64,000 bases of DNA from the sequence record NC_014792.1, one strand, 5' to 3'. This DNA is from Escherichia phage vB_EcoM_VR7. The notes below the pieces were generated by a model. That model did no database searches. It was given only the letters and a program-made list of their open reading frames with translations, and was not told where the DNA came from. Shown in pieces: positions 55,720-64,000 of this stretch; position 1 is the first letter of the stretch; every line of letters starts with the position of its first letter. The position numbers and the translations under genes were made by a program.

Positions 55720-57306
55720 ATGATTAACAAATTAGAATTAGCGAATCTTCCGTTTGTCGATGGTGTACCAGAACCTGACCAGAAACGAATTGAATGGATT
55801 CGCAACGGTGATTGCTTAACTGCAGCCACTACCAAATACGGGCACGATGGTGCCCTTAATGCTGCAGCTTTGGGTGTGCAGACCAACGTTGAAACTCTGG
55901 AAAAGAATGACGCGACCACTAAAGACAAAGTAAACGAAATTGTCGATAGCGTTAACCAGATTAAAGAAGCTCTGGATATTTCTACAGATGCAAGCGTTAT
56001 TCAACAGATTGAAACCAACCGTATTAATATTGTAAGCCTCCAGACAGGATTAGCTGAAACTGATATTGCTTTACTTGATACCAGTACAAATCTCGGTGAA
56101 TTACAGGAAGATGTTGGTTATTATAACCCACTGGAAGATGGACCATATTTGACCGTACGCGCCAATATTAATCGCATTAAGCGCGAAATGGGCCATTATG
56201 CGAACCAAGATATCAACGGTGACCCATTGCCTGAAGGTGAAACTAATGATGCCACCGGGATGAAACGTATTATCATCGATAACAGTACAGCAATTGCAAC
56301 CACGCAACATCGTCTTACTGTTCTCGAAGATAATTATAATGATTCGGATGTTGGTGGCCTCACGATTAAATTAAATGAGATGCGCGAAGAACTTGGTCCT
56401 CGCACTGAAGGTATTGGTAAATCTCCTGTTTATACTCGTTTAACTGCAGTCGAAGCTAAAGCGGAAACTAATGAAACTGATGTAAGCAATATCAAAGCCG
56501 CAATTGGTTTTGACCAAGGACAAAGTATTGCAAACCGTGTTGGGACTCTGGAAACCAAGGCAACAAATTTAGAAAATACCACATCTGCTATGAATACAAG
56601 ATTGTCAACGGTTGAAACTGATATTGGCACTGATGCCGAACCTACTTCAATTAATGGTCGTCTAAAAACGTTGCGTGACGATATGACAGGTGTTCGTGTT
56701 GTTATCGGGGAAAATACAAGCAGTGGTTTGCAAGGACAAGTTGTTGCCCTTAACGTTGCAGTAGGTATTAGCGATAGCCCGGCGCCAACTTCCTTGATTC
56801 CGCGTATGCGTGAAGTCGAAACTTCTAGTCGCGCAAATGCCGCGGCTATTCAGGATATTCAGGCCGAAATTGGTAACAATCAGTCAGGCATCAAAGGTTC
56901 TATCCTGACGATTAAATCACAAATCGACGGGACCAACCCGAACGGTTCTACGGTTGTTGAAAAAGGTATTCTTCCGACTGTTGAAACTCTTAACAACGAA
57001 ATGCCTACCAAAATTAGTGATGCTCCATCTGATACGAAGATATATGGTCGCCGTGATGCAGCATGGGTAGAAATCGCTACAGGCGGTGATGTATCTGCTC
57101 TGACATTGCGTGTGGATGGTATCGAAACGCGCACCGGTGAAGCCGAGACGAAGATAACTGAACTAGAAGGTAAAGTATCAGCCCTAGAAACAGAGCTCTC
57201 CAAAAGGCCTCCTGTCGCTCCTGCGGCTGATGGTCTTCCTTATGTACTTGTTGATAATGCATGGGTTCTTTTGTCTACATTTGTGACATTAAATCCAGTG
57301 CCATAA
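55720..57306 (+). CDS. wac: Fibritin (whisker antigen control)
   Basis: 528 aa; N-terminal LPFVDG...; coiled-coil repeats; C-terminal ...AWVLLSTF foldon-like end. Confidence 0.85.
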   Translation: MINKLELANLPFVDGVPEPDQKRIEWIRNGDCLTAATTKYGHDGALNAAALGVQTNVETLEKNDATTKDKVNEIVDSVNQIKEALDISTDASVIQQIETNRINIVSLQTGLAETDIALLDTSTNLGELQEDVGYYNPLEDGPYLTVRANINRIKREMGHYANQDINGDPLPEGETNDATGMKRIIIDNSTAIATTQHRLTVLEDNYNDSDVGGLTIKLNEMREELGPRTEGIGKSPVYTRLTAVEAKAETNETDVSNIKAAIGFDQGQSIANRVGTLETKATNLENTTSAMNTRLSTVETDIGTDAEPTSINGRLKTLRDDMTGVRVVIGENTSSGLQGQVVALNVAVGISDSPAPTSLIPRMREVETSSRANAAAIQDIQAEIGNNQSGIKGSILTIKSQIDGTNPNGSTVVEKGILPTVETLNNEMPTKISDAPSDTKIYGRRDAAWVEIATGGDVSALTLRVDGIETRTGEAETKITELEGKVSALETELSKRPPVAPAADGLPYVLVDNAWVLLSTFVTLNPVP

Positions 57307-57308
57307 CA

Positions 57309-57330
57309 AAAAGGGCTTCGGCCCTTTTTT
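57309..57330 (+). terminator. Rho-independent terminator (AGGGC-TTCG-GCCCT + T-run)
   Basis: Hairpin 57312-57325 followed by TTTTTT. Confidence 0.6.
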
Positions 57331-57332
57331 CG

Positions 57333-57340
57333 TATAAATA
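57333..57340 (+). promoter_or_regulatory. Late promoter TATAAATA upstream of gene 13
   Basis: Exact TATAAATA 19 nt before gp13 ATG, then AGAGGAAAA RBS. Confidence 0.55.
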
Positions 57341-57358
57341 CAGTAAAGAGGAAAACAT

Positions 57359-58297
57359 ATGGCAACTGAATCATACAACCCGAAACAATTAAAAGATGCA
57401 ATCCTTCGTCGTCTTGGTGCACCAATCACGAATATCGAAGTTACGACCGAACAGGTTTATGATTGTATCCAGCGTGCATTAGAATTATATGGCGAATATC
57501 ATTATAATGGTTACAACAAAGGCTATCAGGCTTTTTATATTGGTCATGATGAAGTTTCACAACAGAAATTCCGTGATGGTGTTTTCGATTTAAAAGGTCG
57601 TAATATTTTTGCAGTAACACAAATTATTCGTACTAACGTCGGTTCATTAACTTCAATGGATGGCCAGGCAACATATCCATGGTTTACAGATTTCGTTCTG
57701 GGACTTGCCGGGATTAACGGTGGAATGGGAAGTTCTTGTAATAGCTTTGGTCCAAATGCCTTTGGCGCAGACCTTGGTTATTTTACACAGCTTATGCAAT
57801 ATCGTTCGATGATGCAAGACCTGATGGTTCCGCTTCCGGATTACTGGTATAATGACGATACTGAACAACTTAAAATTATGGGCAACTTCCGCCAGGGAGA
57901 TGTGATTGTAATTGAAGTTTACACCAAATCCTTTAATGGTGTTGATGCAATGGCCAGCAATACGGCAGGTAATGGTTATGCTTCTGGTGATTGTGATAAT
58001 CCGTGGAATGCCGGTGCACAGTGGGATAACCCGGCACGCAGAATAGGCGGCATGAGAGCTGGTGAGGACCTTGGACTTCAAGATGGTGCATACAACAACC
58101 GTTGGGTGAAAGACTATGCCACGGCGCTTGTTAAGGAAGTTAACGGCAACGTATTGGCAAAGCACCAGGGAATGATGATGCCGGGTGGTGTCACAGTTGA
58201 TGGTGTTCGTTTAATCGAAGAAGCTCGCATGGAAAAAGAACGTCTCCGCGAAGAACTTGACCTGCTGGATGCACCGACTCCTATATTGGTGGGCTAA
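57359..58297 (+). CDS. 13: gp13 neck protein
   Basis: 312 aa; synteny and size. Confidence 0.85.
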   Translation: MATESYNPKQLKDAILRRLGAPITNIEVTTEQVYDCIQRALELYGEYHYNGYNKGYQAFYIGHDEVSQQKFRDGVFDLKGRNIFAVTQIIRTNVGSLTSMDGQATYPWFTDFVLGLAGINGGMGSSCNSFGPNAFGADLGYFTQLMQYRSMMQDLMVPLPDYWYNDDTEQLKIMGNFRQGDVIVIEVYTKSFNGVDAMASNTAGNGYASGDCDNPWNAGAQWDNPARRIGGMRAGEDLGLQDGAYNNRWVKDYATALVKEVNGNVLAKHQGMMMPGGVTVDGVRLIEEARMEKERLREELDLLDAPTPILVG

Positions 58298-59082
58298 TGG
58301 CTACATATGACGCGAACTTATTCGCCCGGCTCGAAGACGGGACCGGGTATGACAATACCAATGCTACAGAGATATTGAACCCTTATGTAAACTTTATGCA
58401 TCATGAAAATACCCAGACTTTAGCCGATGCTATTGTTGCTGAAAGTATTCAGATGCGCGGAATGTCTCTCTATTACATCCCAAGACAATTCGTTAAACCA
58501 GATTTGTTATTCGGTGAAGACCTCCAGAGTAAATTTGATAAAGCATGGAAATTTGCTGGTTATCTGGATACGTTCGATGCATATCAGGGTGATGGTTCTA
58601 TCTTCAGTAAATTTGGCATGACTGTGAACGATGAAATCACAGTGTCGATTAACCCTAATCTGTTTAAACATCAATGCAACGGCACCGAACCTATTGCAGG
58701 GGATTTGATTTATTTCCCTCTCGATAACAGTCTGTTCGAAATAACCTGGGTACAGCCTTATGACCCGTTCTATCAGGTAGGTCAAAACGCCATCCGTAAA
58801 ATCACCGCGAGCAAATACATTTACTCCGGAGAAGAGCTTAAACCTGAATTGCAACGAAATGAAGGTATTAATATTCCAGAATTCAGTGAGCTCGATTTGC
58901 AACCAATCCACAATATCGATGGCCTTACAGATATCAGTGATATCCCTTATGCTGAATCCGATGAGATTAACGCAGAAGCAGCTGAATATGTTAAACCATA
59001 TTTTGTGCAGAATGGCCGTGGACTTGAGTCACCGCCTAAGGCAAAACAGGATAGCTTTGACGATAGTTTCTTTGATGAATAA
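58297..59082 (+). CDS. 14: gp14 neck protein
   Basis: 261 aa; synteny and size. Confidence 0.85.
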   Translation: MATYDANLFARLEDGTGYDNTNATEILNPYVNFMHHENTQTLADAIVAESIQMRGMSLYYIPRQFVKPDLLFGEDLQSKFDKAWKFAGYLDTFDAYQGDGSIFSKFGMTVNDEITVSINPNLFKHQCNGTEPIAGDLIYFPLDNSLFEITWVQPYDPFYQVGQNAIRKITASKYIYSGEELKPELQRNEGINIPEFSELDLQPIHNIDGLTDISDIPYAESDEINAEAAEYVKPYFVQNGRGLESPPKAKQDSFDDSFFDE

Positions 59083-59125
59083 ATACATTTATTAATGCGC
59101 CCGAACTGGGCGCCTGGAGGTTACT

Positions 59126-59997
59126 TTGTTTGGGCATTTTTATAATTCGTCTCTGCGTCGCTATATCGTTTTAATGGGCGATTTATTTTCCCATGTACAA
59201 GTGGCCAGAACCAGAGAAGACACTGGACTTAAATATATTAAGGTCCCTATTTCTTATGCATCAAAAGAAAAATTCATGATGCAGCTTGGAAAATGGACAG
59301 CAATTCAGAATACACCGACTCCTGACATGTCACCACAAGAACGTGCTGCTCAGAAGGCTAAAATCGAGACCGTACTGCCCCGTATGAACTTACATCTTGT
59401 TGACTTGATGTATAACGGGCAATATAAAACGGCTCTCCAGAATCACACACAGGCGCGATTTGCTAATAACGACCCTCGCAAGCAGATATCTCAATATTCT
59501 CCGGTGCCGGTCAAAATGATTTTTGAGCTTGGAATATATACAAGGCATCAAGATGATATGTTCCAGATTATCGAACAAATCATGCCTTACTTCCAGCCAC
59601 ATTTTAATACAACTATCACCGAACTTTACACGAATGAAATTACATTCGAACGTGATATACGAATCGTGCTTCAGTCCATTGCTATGGATGAGCAAATTGA
59701 AGGTGATGCAATGACTCGTCGTAGACTTGAATGGTCCATTATGTTCGAAGTCAACGGTTGGTTATATCCACCGGTTAAAGAAGTGGCCGGAGAAATCCGT
59801 ACTATCTATCTTGACTTCTTTGCAAATTCCAGAGAGCTTGCGCCGGAAGGTAATTTCGAATCTGTTGACTCGGAAGCCGTTCCGCGAGATGTCGACCAAG
59901 AAGACTGGCAAGGTGAATCCATTCAAACATACTCGCAGGATATTCCTGTACCGGTCGACCCAGCACCTCCAGCACCAAGAAAAAATAGGGTACCATT

Positions 59998-60001
<4 letters not shown>
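59126..60001 (+). CDS. 15: gp15 tail sheath stabiliser/tail completion protein
   Basis: 291 aa; [13 protein letters not shown]...; appears to use a TTG start 5 nt after GGAGG. Confidence 0.85.
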
Positions 60002-62308
<2,307 letters not shown>

Positions 62309-62337
62309 AAGTAAAGCAAACTATTAGAGGACTCAAA

Positions 62338-64000
62338 ATGGCTTTATTATCCCCGGGCATTGAGCTCAAAGAAACAACGGTCCAAAGCACTGTTGTTCGT
62401 AACGCGACGGGTCGTGCGGCGCTGGTTGGTAAATTCCAGTGGGGCCCAGCTTTCCAGGTAACTCAGATTACAAACGAAGTGGAACTTGTTGATTTGTTTG
62501 GTGGTCCGAACAATATCACAGCTGACTACTTTATGAGTGGAATGAACTTCCTTCAATATGGTAATGACCTGCGCACAGTTCGTGTAGTTAACCGCGACCA
62601 CGCTAAAAACGCATCCCCGGTAGCAGGGAACATCGAAAGTACAATCGCTACTGCAGGTTCTAACTATGCAGTCGGTGACGTTATCCAGGTTAAACACAAC
62701 CAGACTGTTGTTGAAACTTCTGGCCGTATTACCAAGGTTGACGTTGACGGGAAAATCCTCGCGGTCTTCATTCCGTCTGACAAAATTATTGCCTTTGCAA
62801 AATCTGTAAACCAGTATCCGGACCTTGGTCCAGCGTGGACTGCTGAAATCCTGACCACTTCTTCAGGTGTGTCTGGTACGATTACCCTTGGGAAAATTGT
62901 CACCGATTCTGGTATCCTGTTGACCGAAGCAGAAAATAGCGAAGAAGCTATTACCTCTTTGGAATTCCAGGCTTCCCTGCAGAAATATGCAATGCCGGGT
63001 GTTGTTGCTCTTTATCCTGGTGAAATCGGCTCGACTCTCGAAGTTGAAATCGTTTCCAAAGCTGCATATGATGTTGGCGCTTCGAAGATGCTTGACATTT
63101 ATCCGAATGGTGGTTCCCGTGCTTCTGTTGCTCGTGCGGTGTTTAACTATGGTCCGCAGACTGACGACCAGTATGCAATCATCGTTCGTCGTGATGGTGC
63201 TATCGTTGAAAACGTTGTTCTGTCAACCAAAGAAGGCGATAAAGACGTTTACGGCAACAACATTTATCTGGACGACTACTTTGCAAAAGGTACTTCCAAT
63301 TACATCTATGCAACTTCTCTGAACTGGCCAAAAGGCTTTGCAGGCATCATCAATCTGATGGGCGGTATTTCTGCAAACGACCAGGTTACTGCTGGTGATT
63401 TGATGCAAGGTTGGGACCTGTTTGCTGACCGTGAAGCACTGCATATTAACCTGCTTATCGCTGGTGCAGTAGCTGGTGAAGGTGATGCAACCGCTTCAAC
63501 TGTTCAGAAGCACGTGGTTTCTATCGCTGACGAACGTCAGGATTGCCTGGCATTTATCTCTCCACCAAAAGGCCTTCTGGTTAACGTTCCTCTGACCCGT
63601 GCAGTGGATAACCTGATTGACTGGCGTACAGGTGGCGGCTCATTCGATACTGATAACATGAATATCAGCACGACTTATGCAGCGATTGATGGCAACTATA
63701 AATATCAGTATGATAAATATAACGACGTTAACCGTTGGGTTCCTCTGGCAGCTGATATGGCTGGTCTGTGTGCTCGTACTGATGATGTTTCTCAGCCTTG
63801 GATGTCTCCGCCCGGTTATAACCGTGGTCAGATTCTGAACGTACTGAAATTGGCTATCGAACCTCGTCAGACCCAACGTGACCGCATGTATCAAGAAGCT
63901 ATCAACCCGGTTGTTGGTTTCGCAGGTGGTGATGGTTTTGTTCTTTACGGTGATAAGACTGCAACTAAAGTTCCATCTCCGATGGACCATATCAACGTTC
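62338..64000 (+). CDS. 18: gp18 tail sheath protein, N-terminal ~554 codons; 3' end beyond window
   Basis: Not in ORF track (no stop in window). ATG at 62338 after AGAGGA; MALLSPGIELKETTVQSTVV... matches remembered T4 gp18. Confidence 0.9.
   Translation, partial: MALLSPGIELKETTVQSTVVRNATGRAALVGKFQWGPAFQVTQITNEVELVDLFGGPNNITADYFMSGMNFLQYGNDLRTVRVVNRDHAKNASPVAGNIESTIATAGSNYAVGDVIQVKHNQTVVETSGRITKVDVDGKILAVFIPSDKIIAFAKSVNQYPDLGPAWTAEILTTSSGVSGTITLGKIVTDSGILLTEAENSEEAITSLEFQASLQKYAMPGVVALYPGEIGSTLEVEIVSKAAYDVGASKMLDIYPNGGSRASVARAVFNYGPQTDDQYAIIVRRDGAIVENVVLSTKEGDKDVYGNNIYLDDYFAKGTSNYIYATSLNWPKGFAGIINLMGGISANDQVTAGDLMQGWDLFADREALHINLLIAGAVAGEGDATASTVQKHVVSIADERQDCLAFISPPKGLLVNVPLTRAVDNLIDWRTGGGSFDTDNMNISTTYAAIDGNYKYQYDKYNDVNRWVPLAADMAGLCARTDDVSQPWMSPPGYNRGQILNVLKLAIEPRQTQRDRMYQEAINPVVGFAGGDGFVLYGDKTATKVPSPMDHINV

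Overview
This window is a contiguous piece of a T4-like (Tevenvirinae-type) myovirus genome. Calls rest on motifs read directly from the translations and on remembered similarity to phage T4 proteins; no database search, tRNA scanner or promoter model was run. Left ~41.5 kb: a densely packed early/middle region transcribed almost entirely from the minus strand. It holds gp46 (partial) and gp47, late sigma factor gp55, endonuclease VII (gp49), NrdC, thymidine kinase, RegB, DenV, lysozyme e, NudE, a reduced tRNA locus (two tRNAs), 57B (Acb1-like), 57A, dNMP kinase gp1, and genes 3, 2 and 4. Between these are many small unassigned ORFs, four homing-endonuclease-like genes, and repeated early/middle promoter-leader cassettes. 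Right ~22.5 kb: the late structural and packaging module on the plus strand (gp53, gp5, 5.1, 5.4, gp6-gp12, wac, gp13-gp17, gp18 partial) with TATAAATA late promoters and hairpin terminators. The most unusual content is in the accessory regions: (i) an early operon of five tandem paralogs that all end in W-x-x-S-S-x-x-Cys, preceded by two small membrane proteins; (ii) eight genes carrying a T4 internal-protein-type N-terminal capsid-targeting sequence; (iii) a macro-domain protein, a nucleotidyltransferase-fold protein coupled to a membrane protein, and a TraR/DksA-like zinc-finger protein. I could not assign a known function to any of these, and none is proven novel. Plus-strand ORFs in the left region and minus-strand ORFs in the right region of the supplied track are treated as shadow ORFs.
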